Notes: generated by a model from the letters alone, not told the origin. Positions 10,292-19,908 are shown, numbered from the stretch's first letter. The stretch is DNA of 58,243 bases from Bacteroidales bacterium (GCA_038237165.1 JBBRYZ010000004.1:1-58243); one strand, 5' to 3'. Made by a program: numbers and translations.

Positions 10292-10392
10292 GCCACAGAT
10301 TTCACAAGTTTTCACAGATTTAGAACTGCTTTCAGCAGTTTTTAAAACAAAAACAAGCAATAATTTTTTCTAATAAATCTGAGTAATGTGTT
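10292..10392. repeat. Degenerate CACAGATT repeat element
   Basis: gccacagatttcacaagttttcacagatt ... aatctgagtaatgtg; related to 26943-27053. Confidence 0.55.
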
Positions 10393-10539
10393 ACAAGCTA
10401 TCCTCTTTTATAGCATTGACGGTGCTGATTAGGTAAAAAAGCTTTATGTGACAGCAAACAGTGCGGAAGTCAGAGGTTTAACAAAACAGTCAACAATTTT
10501 GTTAATTTTACCGCCTCATTTACTCTTAAAAAAATTATT

Positions 10540-11259
10540 TTGAAAAAGCATATTCCAAATTTCATAACTACTTTAAACCTTTTCAGCGGCTGCATCGGGA
10601 TTATTGTAGCCTTCCAGTCGCGTATTGAGTATGCTGCATACTTTATTGTAATTGCAGCGCTTTTCGATTTTATGGATGGCATGGCTGCCAGGCTACTGCA
10701 CGTAAAGAGCGAAATAGGAAAAGAACTTGATTCCCTGGCCGATGTGGTTTCGTTCGGGGTTTTGCCGGGAATTATTATCTACCAGCTTATGGTTGCAAGC
10801 CCCAATACTCCTGAAGCGGGTTCGTTTCTGAGTGTTTTTTCGCTAATCGCTTTTATCATCCCTGTTCTGTCGGCAGTACGATTAGCCAAATTTAATCTTG
10901 ATACGCGCCAGACCACCTCATTTATCGGACTGCCAGTACCGGCCAATGCGCTTTTTCTTGGATCGCTGCCACTTATAAAAATGCAGGCGGGATACAGTGA
11001 TTCACTTTCGTGGCTTACTGCAATAACCGATAATTATTATATTCTTGCAATTATTGCAATAAGTATGAGTTTACTACTGGTTTCGAAGATTCCCCTGATT
11101 TCATTAAAATTCCAAAACCTGAAATTTGCCGAAAACAAACCCCAGTTTATTCTTGTAGCATTTTCAGTAATCGCTTTTTTACTGGTTACATTTACGGCTA
11201 TTCCACTTATTATACTGGCGTATATTCTGCTTTCGCTGATATTTAAACCGGCATCATGA
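10540..11259 (+). CDS. pssA: CDP-alcohol phosphatidyltransferase, probable phosphatidylserine synthase
   Basis: DFMDGMAAR...GKELDSLADVVSFGVLP; RLAKFN; FIGLPVPA. Confidence 0.85.
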   Translation: MKKHIPNFITTLNLFSGCIGIIVAFQSRIEYAAYFIVIAALFDFMDGMAARLLHVKSEIGKELDSLADVVSFGVLPGIIIYQLMVASPNTPEAGSFLSVFSLIAFIIPVLSAVRLAKFNLDTRQTTSFIGLPVPANALFLGSLPLIKMQAGYSDSLSWLTAITDNYYILAIIAISMSLLLVSKIPLISLKFQNLKFAENKPQFILVAFSVIAFLLVTFTAIPLIILAYILLSLIFKPAS

Positions 11260-11366
11260 AAGCTATTAGGACATAGACACCTTGTAAAAAACGAAATTCG
11301 AGAATCTGATATCGCCGGAAGATTGAAATTGTTGTTTGTTGAAACAGGAAGTTGACCAAAGACCGC

Positions 11367-12092
11367 TTATCTTCGCAGTTCGAAATTGCTTCCAAGGTAA
11401 ACTTTACGTACTTGTTCGTCGGCAGCCAGTTCTTCGGCTGTGCCCGATTTTAGCACCGAACCTTCGAAAAGGAGGTAAGCCCGGTCGGTGATATTTAAGG
11501 TTTCGTGTACATTATGATCGGTGATGAGAATACCGATATTTTTAGCCTTAAGTTTCACAACAATATTCTGAATATCTTCAACAGCAATAGGATCGACACC
11601 GGCAAAAGGCTCATCGAGCAAAATAAATTTTGGATCAGTTGCCAGCGCCCGTGCAATTTCGGTACGGCGGCGTTCACCTCCCGAAAGCTGAATTCCCATA
11701 CTTTTACGTACCTGATGTAATCCGAACTCATCGATAAGGGATTCCAGCTTTTCAGCCTGTTCCTTTTTATTCAGTTTTGTAAATTCGAGCACTGCCTTTA
11801 TGTTATCTTCAACGGAAAGTTTACGGAAAACCGAAGCTTCCTGAGCAAGGTATCCAATTCCGATCTGTGCTCTGCGGAATACCGGCTCATTGGTTATATC
11901 GCGATCATCAAGGAAGACTTTTCCCTGCAGAGGTTTGATAAGACCTACAATAATATAAAATGAAGTGGTTTTGCCGGCACCATTCGGACCAAGCAGCCCG
12001 ACTATTTCTCCTTGTTCAACCTTGATTGATACATGGTTAACAACAGTGCGCTGACGGTATTTTTTAACTAAATCTTCGGTACGTAATATCAT
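11367..12092 (-). CDS. lptB: LPS export ABC transporter ATP-binding protein
   Basis: [41 protein letters not shown]; start moved to the ATG at 12092. Confidence 0.95.
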   Translation of the reverse strand: MILRTEDLVKKYRQRTVVNHVSIKVEQGEIVGLLGPNGAGKTTSFYIIVGLIKPLQGKVFLDDRDITNEPVFRRAQIGIGYLAQEASVFRKLSVEDNIKAVLEFTKLNKKEQAEKLESLIDEFGLHQVRKSMGIQLSGGERRRTEIARALATDPKFILLDEPFAGVDPIAVEDIQNIVVKLKAKNIGILITDHNVHETLNITDRAYLLFEGSVLKSGTAEELAADEQVRKVYLGSNFELRR

Positions 12093-12146
12093 TTTGATCC
12101 GTTGAGCCGGTAAAGGTAGTAAAATTAGTTTGAAGAGGTTTGAAGG

Positions 12147-12263
12147 GTTCAAAGCTTCGCGTTCGATGCTTCGCGTTCAATGCTTCGCGTTCAAAGGTTC
12201 AATTGTCCTAATTGCCACATTATCACATTGTCACATTGCCACATTGTCGAATTGCCAAATTAT
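12147..12263. repeat. Composite tandem repeat: 14-mer x3.5 then about 8 degenerate 8-mers
   Basis: gttcaaagcttcgc gttcgatgcttcgc gttcaatgcttcgc gttcaaa, then acattatc acattgtc acattgcc acattgtc gaattgcc. Confidence 0.85.
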
Positions 12264-12275
12264 TTATCATTCTAT

Positions 12276-14756
12276 CTAGAAATCAAAATTCATTGAAAAC
12301 ATCAATCCGAATTTTTTAGTATTGGGGTGATCGTTGTAAGAAAGTCGCCATACACCGTCAATCCGAAGGAAACGGAAAATATTTTCGATACCAACGCCTG
12401 CTTCCATGTATGGTTTGGTGATAAAGTAAGCGCCTGTTGGTAATTGATTATACGATTGATTATCGGCTGAGGTAGCGCCATATGTACCTTTAAACTGAAC
12501 CACTTCGCGCCATTTCAGCTTACGCATCACCGGAATGCGGTTCAGGAACAAGCCTTCCATATGATAAATCAGGTGATAGGAAACATATTCATCAGCAATA
12601 AACTCGTAATAGTTCATGAGGTTAAATGCATAATCATCATGATAAAAAGTTTCGTTTCCAGGCAATATTTTCATCAATGGGAATGGCAGTTTGCCCCATA
12701 CTTTTCCGCCTTCGATATTGTATTTCAGCCAGCCAGCCGACAGGAAACTGAACCATTGCGAAACATTGGCAGTTACGCTACTGTATTTATACTCACCATT
12801 AAACACATCTTTAATTCCGCGCGCATATTGCAGGTTGAATATAGGGAAAGGCGTACTTACTACAGTACGCTCGAACTCTCCTGCCAATTGCTTTTCGCGA
12901 AAACCATAATGCAAGCCAAAAGCCAGTTCGGTAGTGGTTAAATGCTTGGTGGGCACATAATCCAGCACAATAGAACCATTAATCGTGGAAATCTGTCTTT
13001 TGGTTACTGTAATGGTATTTGAAAACCCGGTAAACCATTCGTGTTTGTAGGATGCCTTGTATTGGGTAACCAAGGTAAGTTTATCCTGGGGATTCCGGCG
13101 AAAAAGCGAATTAAGGATAAAATCCTGCCTGAAAGCATTATTTGACATTCCCAATTGCTCCACATCATACTTATAGGAAGCGCTCAGTACGCGATCGGGA
13201 ACCTTGCCCAGCATGTACATAAAACCTGCGCTGTACTTGAATTTTTCATCGCGTGCTCCGTATGCAACATAGCCATTGAGCATCAACCGTGTTGAAAAAT
13301 CATTGCTGGTGCGTCCCCCTATTCTGAAACGGCTGCCTTCAGTCTGGTTATAACTGTAGGTTGAGGAATAAGGCCCCCATTCAAAATTGCCTTTTACATA
13401 ATATCCGGTAACTAACATTTTGATAATGTCAACATAGGTTCTGAAAAGAGGCATCTGTTTCAGCGTATCGCTAAGGCGATAAATCGAAGCTTCACGGTGC
13501 GTAAGCTCTTCAGGTCGCGATTTTTTCCAGAATTCGTCATTTTTAAGGTTAGCATCTTCCAATACTATGATATTGCTGGGCATAGAGTAGATTTTTTCAT
13601 CGCGCACAGGCGCAAAATCATACCCGGAATACATCACAGTGCGCGTACCAAAAAAGCCCATGGTAATTTTGGAATCTACTATTACATTAAAATCGGCGAT
13701 AACCTGTTCGCGGTTGAGCATCCATTGTCCGTTGTTTGTTAAGCCGAATTCCTGTGATATCATCATGTCATTCACAAAGTTGAGATTAACATCTCCTGCC
13801 ATCCGCATTTCCAGTTTTTTAACGGCATAGGTAGTATCATGTATCCACATGTTGCCTGTAAATGCAAGTTCCTGCTTGCGCCGAGGCTTGAACATCACAT
13901 TATAGCACCAGTTGTTGTCAATAAAAGTTGAATCGATAAGGTAATATTTGTAATACAACAGACCCATGTTAGAAATTGGGCTGACAAAATTCTTTTGAAA
14001 AAGGCTGATGAAATTGTCATAGATTTTAATATCCTGAGCCATATTACCTACAAACTGCGACATAGTCGGGTTTTCGACACCCGATATCTGCGTGGCTTTA
14101 ATAATCTCCTTCCTTTCCCTTGGTGTCTTTCGGAAATACAAATCCGAGAAAGCTTCAGAAATCATCACCGGAAGGTATACTTTTCCGTTTACTACGCTGG
14201 TATCGATCTGATTAAAAATAAATTTGAACGGCTCGAGTACGCGACGGTTTTGAAATTTCTCGCTGAGATTATTTACATCAAACTGCATTTTAGTGTATGC
14301 CTGGCAATGAAAGGATTCTATTTTATCAGGATCATTCTGAGGTTTGTGATCTATTATTTTTCGCAGCAACACCTCGGCAGGATTCTCTCCTGGTCGGATA
14401 ACTACTCCTGATAATTCATATCTTTCGGGCTGCAATCGTATGTCGACAGTCTGAAAACGGTTGCGCTGTATCGCGATATTACTGGTAACAAAACCAATAT
14501 AAGAAGCAACAATTGTATCGGTTGCTTTGCGCGATTCAAGAGAAAATTTACCATCAAAGCCTGTAGTTGTGCCGATCTGAGTATTTTTAAAATATACGCT
14601 GACAAATGGCAGTGTATCACCGGTTTGTGCATCCCGGACGATTCCCATGATTTTTGTCAGATCTTGGGCATTACTATGCATTGAGAAGCCTGATGCTAAA
14701 AAGAGCAAAAGGGAAATACGACTGATTATATATTTTACTGAAAATATTCTATTCAT
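12276..14756 (-). CDS. Outer-membrane protein with carboxypeptidase-regulatory-like N domain and DUF5686 barrel
   Basis: Signal peptide; GIVRDAQTGDTLPFVSV..GTTTGFDGKF..SYIGF; C-terminal PYMEAGVGIENIF...FDF; start set to the ATG at 14756. Confidence 0.8.
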   Translation of the reverse strand: MNRIFSVKYIISRISLLLFLASGFSMHSNAQDLTKIMGIVRDAQTGDTLPFVSVYFKNTQIGTTTGFDGKFSLESRKATDTIVASYIGFVTSNIAIQRNRFQTVDIRLQPERYELSGVVIRPGENPAEVLLRKIIDHKPQNDPDKIESFHCQAYTKMQFDVNNLSEKFQNRRVLEPFKFIFNQIDTSVVNGKVYLPVMISEAFSDLYFRKTPRERKEIIKATQISGVENPTMSQFVGNMAQDIKIYDNFISLFQKNFVSPISNMGLLYYKYYLIDSTFIDNNWCYNVMFKPRRKQELAFTGNMWIHDTTYAVKKLEMRMAGDVNLNFVNDMMISQEFGLTNNGQWMLNREQVIADFNVIVDSKITMGFFGTRTVMYSGYDFAPVRDEKIYSMPSNIIVLEDANLKNDEFWKKSRPEELTHREASIYRLSDTLKQMPLFRTYVDIIKMLVTGYYVKGNFEWGPYSSTYSYNQTEGSRFRIGGRTSNDFSTRLMLNGYVAYGARDEKFKYSAGFMYMLGKVPDRVLSASYKYDVEQLGMSNNAFRQDFILNSLFRRNPQDKLTLVTQYKASYKHEWFTGFSNTITVTKRQISTINGSIVLDYVPTKHLTTTELAFGLHYGFREKQLAGEFERTVVSTPFPIFNLQYARGIKDVFNGEYKYSSVTANVSQWFSFLSAGWLKYNIEGGKVWGKLPFPLMKILPGNETFYHDDYAFNLMNYYEFIADEYVSYHLIYHMEGLFLNRIPVMRKLKWREVVQFKGTYGATSADNQSYNQLPTGAYFITKPYMEAGVGIENIFRFLRIDGVWRLSYNDHPNTKKFGLMFSMNFDF

Positions 14757-14921
14757 ACGTTTAAGTCCGGTCAAAAGCCATGCCACAATTATTAATAAGA
14801 CAGTCAACTGGCCTGGAACAGGTTATAAAGCTCTGAAATACAATTCAATAACTGACTTTCCCGTTCGAGGGCTCAGTACCTGGAAGTGATAAATCCCGAC
14901 ATTCCAACAGATATCCTGCTT

Positions 14922-15263
14922 TTAGCTCTGCAAATCATCCCAAAATTCGACGGCTCTTCGCATATGAGGAACAACTATAGTTCCGCCAACGAGGGTTGCT
15001 ATTCCGAAAACTTCAAAAAGTTCTTCTTCCGAAACATTATTTTCCTTGCATTGCAACAGGTGATATTTAACACAATCGTCGCAACGCAAAACCATAGAAG
15101 CAACAAGTCCCATTAGCTCCTTGGTCTTTACAGGCAATGCTCCGTCAGTATATGCGTTGGTATCTACATTGAAAATACGTTTCACTACCTTATTATCAAC
15201 CGAAAGAATGCGATCATTCATCTTGCTTCGGTATTCATTGAACTGTTCCAGTTTTTCGCCCAT
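14922..15263 (-). CDS. Carboxymuconolactone decarboxylase / AhpD-like family protein
   Basis: GALPVKTKELMGL...RCDDCVKYH (CxxC-x3-H). Confidence 0.85.
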   Translation of the reverse strand: MGEKLEQFNEYRSKMNDRILSVDNKVVKRIFNVDTNAYTDGALPVKTKELMGLVASMVLRCDDCVKYHLLQCKENNVSEEELFEVFGIATLVGGTIVVPHMRRAVEFWDDLQS

Positions 15264-15476
15264 TTTTACTGCTTGTGTGTATTGATTAATAAGAAATTAC
15301 CCTAATAGTAATAGCTGTCAGGTTTTAAGATAATCCGGAATTAGTTAAATCATAGAAAGCTAGCTCTGATTATTGAGTTCTGAGTGCAAAGATAGAAAGA
15401 AAATGGAGGCTGTGGATTTCTCCACATGGTGCTATAGAGCCCGCAATGTTAAATTTTCAGAATATGAGGAGATGGA

Positions 15477-15549
15477 TCCCGATAGCTATCGGGACGGAAG
15501 ACGGAAGTCGGAAGACAGAAGTCGGAAGTCAGAAGACGGAAGTCAGAAG
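15477..15549. repeat. 18-bp perfect palindrome followed by a heptamer tandem array
   Basis: TCCCGATAGCTATCGGGA (15477-15494), then about 8 copies of C(G/A)GAAG(A/T). Confidence 0.85.
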
Positions 15550-15559
15550 AAAAGGGTTT

Positions 15560-16357
15560 TTAATAACTCCCTTTCGATGCGGTGCCGGTAATTATAGCAA
15601 CACTGGCTCCGCAACCGAGGCGGTTTGCGCCTGCATTGATCATGGCAATTGCCTGATCGTATGTTTTGATACCTCCGCTTGCTTTCACACCCATTTTGGA
15701 GCCAACAATCCGACGCATCAAAGCGATATCTGGAACCGTTGCGCCGCTTCCGGCAAAACCGGTGCTGGTTTTCACAAAGTCGGCATCAGCCTTTTTGGCA
15801 ATTTCGCAGGCAATTATTTTTTCGGCTTCTGTCAGCAAACCTGTTTCGAGGATCACTTTTAAAACAGTTGTGCTTCTGCAAGCTCTTTTTATTGCCCTGA
15901 TATCTTCTTCAACCAGTTTCAGATTACCTGATTTCAATGCGCCAACATTAATCACCATATCCAGTTCAGTGGCACCGCTTGCAATGGCACTCCGGGCTTC
16001 GAAAGCTTTGCTTCGCGTGTCCATTCCGCCTAAGGGAAATCCAATAACCGAGCATATCTCTATACCTGTGCCTCGGAGTTTTTTTGCTACAAAAGGAACC
16101 CACGATGAATTAACACAAACGGATTTGAATTTATAGACAACGGCTTCGTTACAGAGTTGCTCAAACTGCGATTCTACAGCTTCGGGTTTTAAAAGGGTGT
16201 GATCAATATATCCTGCAAGTTCGGTTTGCGACATACGGTTTGTGGCAGGCTGAAACTGTGACTTAGCCTGATCGCCGACTCCCTGCGATGCTGTCTTTTC
16301 ATTAAGCCGTTGCAGAACTTCTTTGGTAATTTTATCGATTAATTCATTCTTTTCCAT
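15560..16357 (-). CDS. deoC: Deoxyribose-phosphate aldolase with N-terminal encapsulation peptide
   Basis: IDHTLLKP, ELDMVIN, DFVKTSTGF (Schiff-base Lys), GVKASGGI; extra N-terminal helix ELIDKITKEVLQRL plus a linker. Confidence 0.93.
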   Translation of the reverse strand: MEKNELIDKITKEVLQRLNEKTASQGVGDQAKSQFQPATNRMSQTELAGYIDHTLLKPEAVESQFEQLCNEAVVYKFKSVCVNSSWVPFVAKKLRGTGIEICSVIGFPLGGMDTRSKAFEARSAIASGATELDMVINVGALKSGNLKLVEEDIRAIKRACRSTTVLKVILETGLLTEAEKIIACEIAKKADADFVKTSTGFAGSGATVPDIALMRRIVGSKMGVKASGGIKTYDQAIAMINAGANRLGCGASVAIITGTASKGSY

Positions 16358-16358
16358 C

Positions 16359-16829
16359 TTACTTTCCTTCTCTTTCTATTGACATCATTTTATTTATACG
16401 TGGCCAGTGCCTGCCGCCTTCGAACCTGGTTTTAAGCCACAAAGCGGCCATTACACAAATATCTTCAGGTTTATGCTGTGCAGTACCCATGGTGAGGACA
16501 TTGGCATTATTGTGTTCGCGGCTGTTAACAATGGTTTGCTCACTCCAGCAAAGCGCTGCACGAATACCATGAATTTTGTTACAAACCATGGAAGAACCAA
16601 TTCCGGCGGCATCGAGCATTATTCCGCGGTCGCAATCGCCGCTTACTACTTTGCGGCAAACAGCCTGTGCAAAATCAGGATAATCAACTTTTTCCTTGCT
16701 GTTGAATGTACCGACATCAACCACAGTATAACCGACGGTGCGAAGGTATGCCCTGAGCAATTCCTTCGTATCAAAAGAACCATGATCGGCGCCTATGGCA
16801 ATTTTCCTAACCTGGTCGGCAGTATTCAT
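16359..16829 (-). CDS. rpiB: RpiB/LacA/LacB family sugar-phosphate isomerase
   Basis: GADHG, DYPDFA, SREHNNAN, FEGGRH; start set to the ATG at 16829. Confidence 0.85.
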   Translation of the reverse strand: MNTADQVRKIAIGADHGSFDTKELLRAYLRTVGYTVVDVGTFNSKEKVDYPDFAQAVCRKVVSGDCDRGIMLDAAGIGSSMVCNKIHGIRAALCWSEQTIVNSREHNNANVLTMGTAQHKPEDICVMAALWLKTRFEGGRHWPRINKMMSIEREGK

Positions 16830-16903
16830 TAAATATCCTTTTTTTGAATTCCTTAAATTATACCTGTAAATCCGGTTTCTCATGTGATTTTCCGCCTGCA
16901 AAA

Positions 16904-17173
16904 TTACACCGTTATCTGATCCACAATACCGGCAATCACAGCTTTTATTGTAAAAGTTTCAGGTTCTTCGAGAATCATCCTTGCTGAACCGCCTTCTTCG
17001 AGGACCAGAACAGTATTTCCAATGCCCGCCTGAACGGTATCCACAGCCAGGAATGACGGACCTTTCGGTTGCCCGGAAGGATCCACAGGCTGTACGATCA
17101 GGATCTTCCTGGAATCGTATCCTTTTTCCTTTACAGTGGAAACTACATTGCCAATTATCTTTGCAAGAATCAT
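16904..17173 (-). CDS. BMC vertex pentamer (BMC-P, EutN/CcmL family)
   Basis: MILAKIIGNVVSTVK...AVDTVQAGIG...IAGIVD. Confidence 0.92.
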   Translation of the reverse strand: MILAKIIGNVVSTVKEKGYDSRKILIVQPVDPSGQPKGPSFLAVDTVQAGIGNTVLVLEEGGSARMILEEPETFTIKAVIAGIVDQITV

Positions 17174-17445
17174 TTTTTGCCCTCCACTAAAATTGTATCT
17201 ACAATACCTACTATAGCTGCATCACAAGGATTCATGGTGAATTCGAGTACGCGGCCGGCTTCTTTGCTGGTTTCGTAATAAATGAGATCGCCAACCCCAG
17301 CTTGAATGGTATCAAATGCAACAATAGGATCGCCGACTTTATTCAACTTTTCATCCAGAGGTTGCACCAGCATAAGTTTGATCCCTTCGAAGGATTCCAC
17401 TTTATGAGTACTGACGACCCTGCCGGTTATTTTGCCTAGTTTCAT
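17170..17445 (-). CDS. BMC vertex pentamer (BMC-P, EutN/CcmL family)
   Basis: MKLGKITGRVVSTHK...AFDTIQAGVGD...DAAIVGIVD. Confidence 0.92.
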   Translation of the reverse strand: MKLGKITGRVVSTHKVESFEGIKLMLVQPLDEKLNKVGDPIVAFDTIQAGVGDLIYYETSKEAGRVLEFTMNPCDAAIVGIVDTILVEGKK

Positions 17446-17452
17446 TTTTTAT

Positions 17453-17623
17453 TAGTTAATGGAAAATGGGGAAATAGTTAATAGTTAACAGAAAATGGTT
17501 AATAGTTCTTTGGTGTTGCATTAACAATGCTCTTTATTTCCAATCCTGTTATTTGCTTTTTTGATATCTGCTGAAATAAAACTTAAATGCAGACTTTTTT
17601 CTTTTAACTTTTAACTATTAACT
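17453..17623. repeat. Heptamer tracts in inverted orientation inside the BMC operon
   Basis: tagttaa/tggaaaa/tggttaa units at about 17453-17507; complementary ttaactt ttaacta ttaact at about 17604-17623. Confidence 0.6.
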
Positions 17624-17631
17624 CTTCCTTC

Positions 17632-19047
17632 CTAGATAATCCTGAAATAATCCACAAGCGTACACCGTCTTTCCCTTGTAAACGTCCTTGCGCGGGTGAC
17701 ACCTTCGCCGGTTGGACTGGCGATTGTAAACGAAGCAAAGCCTGCGCCGCCATGGCCAAGGCCTGCATAGCTGGGGCCGTTTTTTATAAATAATGAGCAG
17801 TTCATCACTTTAGCCATTTTGCTGAGTTTGGCAATATTCATCGAGTGCATGATTGCTGTATGCCGGAAGCCATGCTCTACTTCAACGGCAAGATCGATGG
17901 CAGTATCAACATCTTTAACTCTCACCAAAGGCATAACCGGCATAAGTTGCTCTGTCCAGAGCAAAGGATGTTCCCTTCCGACCTCGCAAAGCAACAGTCT
18001 GGTTGACGGTGGAACTGTTAGTCCGATCTGGGATGCAATGAAATCAGCATTTTTGCCTACAAAACTCTTATTGGCGGCACCTTCCTTTCCGGGACCACCG
18101 GGATCGGCAATCACGAGTTCGGTGATCTTTTTTATCTGATCCTCGTTAAGTTCGTAAGCGCCATTTTTTTTCATTTCTTCTTTAAGCCTGTCGGCGACGG
18201 AAGCAACTACGATGATTTCTTTTTCGCAGATGCAGATCACGTTGTTATCAAAGCTGGCTCCATCAACTATATGTTTTCCTGCTTTTGCCAAATCGGCTGT
18301 TTCATCCACCACACAGGGAGGATTTCCCGGACCGGCAGCAATTGCTTTTTTACCGCTGTTCATGGCAACTTTTACAACAGCCGGTCCTCCGGTTACAACC
18401 AGAATGGCAATTTTGGGATGTGCCATCAGGGTTTTTGCCGATTCGATGGTAGGATCGGAAATACAACAAACCAGGTTTGAAGGACCACCACATTCGGTAA
18501 TGGCTTTATTCATCAAGCTGACCAGAAAAGCTGAGCACTTTTTAGCAGCCGGATGTGGATTGAAAACTACAGAATTACCTCCGGCTATCATTCCAATGGC
18601 GTTGCTGATAATAGATACCGTTGGATTTGTGCTTGGCGTAATGGCACCAATTACACCGTAAGGAGCTCTTTCGACCAGCGTCAGCCCGTTATCATCCGAA
18701 AAGGCTTCAGGAATAACGTCTTCAGTACCGGGAGTTTTAGCTATTCCCAGCTCATTTTTAATAACTTTATCTTCCCAACGGCCCATACCGGTTTCTTCCC
18801 AGGCCATTTTCGATATAATTTCTTTATTGGTAAAGCAGACTTTCCTGATATTTTCGATGATATCTTTGCGTTTTTCCAACGTAAGCAAACCCAACTCCCT
18901 GAATGCCACAGCAGCGGCATCAATGGCCGATTGAATATCGGAAAATACACCTGTAGTTTTGCTTTCGTTATCCTTGGGCAGGTTCAGATCCATGCCGTTT
19001 ATAACTTCTTCTATGATCTGCCTGACACTTTTTTCCAGATTGTCCAT
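17632..19047 (-). CDS. CoA-acylating aldehyde dehydrogenase (EutE/PduP family) with encapsulation peptide
   Basis: PSTNPT, TGGPAVV, AGPGNPP, SFDNNVICICEKE, TIASPTGEG; N-terminal helix LEKSVRQIIEEVINGM. Confidence 0.93.
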   Translation of the reverse strand: MDNLEKSVRQIIEEVINGMDLNLPKDNESKTTGVFSDIQSAIDAAAVAFRELGLLTLEKRKDIIENIRKVCFTNKEIISKMAWEETGMGRWEDKVIKNELGIAKTPGTEDVIPEAFSDDNGLTLVERAPYGVIGAITPSTNPTVSIISNAIGMIAGGNSVVFNPHPAAKKCSAFLVSLMNKAITECGGPSNLVCCISDPTIESAKTLMAHPKIAILVVTGGPAVVKVAMNSGKKAIAAGPGNPPCVVDETADLAKAGKHIVDGASFDNNVICICEKEIIVVASVADRLKEEMKKNGAYELNEDQIKKITELVIADPGGPGKEGAANKSFVGKNADFIASQIGLTVPPSTRLLLCEVGREHPLLWTEQLMPVMPLVRVKDVDTAIDLAVEVEHGFRHTAIMHSMNIAKLSKMAKVMNCSLFIKNGPSYAGLGHGGAGFASFTIASPTGEGVTRARTFTRERRCTLVDYFRII

Positions 19048-19056
19048 ATTTATAAG

Positions 19057-19611
19057 TTATTGCATGAAATAAGGCTTTGTTTCTATATGCGGTTGCGGAA
19101 TAAGGGTGGCCATACATAACTGGTTTTTCGATTTTGCCTTTGCGGTGCCCGCTTCCATCGCAGCCTGAACAGCGTCAAGGCTTCCAATCATTTTCACATA
19201 CGATTTGCCGCCGAATCCGATGGCCAGCCTCACTTCAATAATTTTAACCCCTCCTACCTTGGCTGCCGTATCAGCTGCTTCGATACCCGAAACAACCGAC
19301 AGCGTTTCTATGATTCCGATCGCATTCCATTCGTCAGTGATAATTATTTTACCTATTGCAACCAACGCCTCCGGATGTATCATAGGGAGAAACAAACTAT
19401 CTACAATAAGTTGCTTGCCGGTTTCATAGCCCTTGTTAAACGAATATTCAACCGAAGCCACATCGCCGCTGAATACAATCAGGTATTTGCCGGGGCACAT
19501 GGTTCTTGCTTCGATAATTTTAACAGGCGCAACTTTTACCATTTCGTCCAGCGCCAGAATGCCAATGGCTATGCTGCTGAATTCCAATGCTCCCAACGCG
19601 ATTATTTCCAC
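19057..19611 (-). CDS. BMC-T single-layer trimer, PduT-like
   Basis: Tandem BMC domains; MCPGKY pore Cys; IRLAIGFGGKS-type second domain (EVRLAIGFGGKS). Confidence 0.88.
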   Translation of the reverse strand: MEIIALGALEFSSIAIGILALDEMVKVAPVKIIEARTMCPGKYLIVFSGDVASVEYSFNKGYETGKQLIVDSLFLPMIHPEALVAIGKIIITDEWNAIGIIETLSVVSGIEAADTAAKVGGVKIIEVRLAIGFGGKSYVKMIGSLDAVQAAMEAGTAKAKSKNQLCMATLIPQPHIETKPYFMQ

Positions 19612-19620
19612 ACTATACCT

Positions 19621-19908
19621 CTACTTCCTGTAAACAACTGTATCGTTTTCATCAATCATGTCGATAATACCGACAATCAAAGCATCCACCGGCTTGCTGA
19701 CGGTGAGAAGCGTTTCCCGTGCCGGGCTGCCTTCGGTAACCATGACAATTTCGCCGTTAGCGGCACCGATAATATCAAGTGCAACAATGTAATCGCCTTT
19801 CTGTGTCCCGTACTGATCGGTTTTATCAACCAAAAGATAGCGCGAACCTGCCATACCATCATTAATGGTGCTGCTTACGATGGTTCCTACTACTTTAGCC
19901 AGTATCAT
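19621..19908 (-). CDS. BMC vertex pentamer (BMC-P, EutN/CcmL family)
   Basis: MILAKVVGTIVSS...ALDIIGAANGE...VDALIVGIID. Confidence 0.92.
   Translation of the reverse strand: MILAKVVGTIVSSTINDGMAGSRYLLVDKTDQYGTQKGDYIVALDIIGAANGEIVMVTEGSPARETLLTVSKPVDALIVGIIDMIDENDTVVYRK

Noticed and set aside
11367-12152. N-terminal extension of LptB in the ORF track
   Set aside because: It starts at a TTG inside the repeat tract; family similarity begins at ATG 12092
14922-15263. CMD/AhpD gene as part of the BMC operon
   Set aside because: It is about 300 bp away beyond a repeat and has its own TATCTTTG element at 15387-15394
12147-15549. Short repeat arrays as CRISPR
   Set aside because: Units are 7-14 bp with no unique spacers, and there are no cas genes
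15373-15862. Plus-strand ORFs with RKSEDRS/TEVGSQK repeats
   Set aside because: These are translations of the heptamer DNA repeat and are antisense to deoC
16830-16901. 24-aa RpiB N-terminal extension as an encapsulation peptide
   Set aside because: TTG start and a basic, non-amphipathic sequence unlike the two clear peptides; ATG 16829 fits the family length
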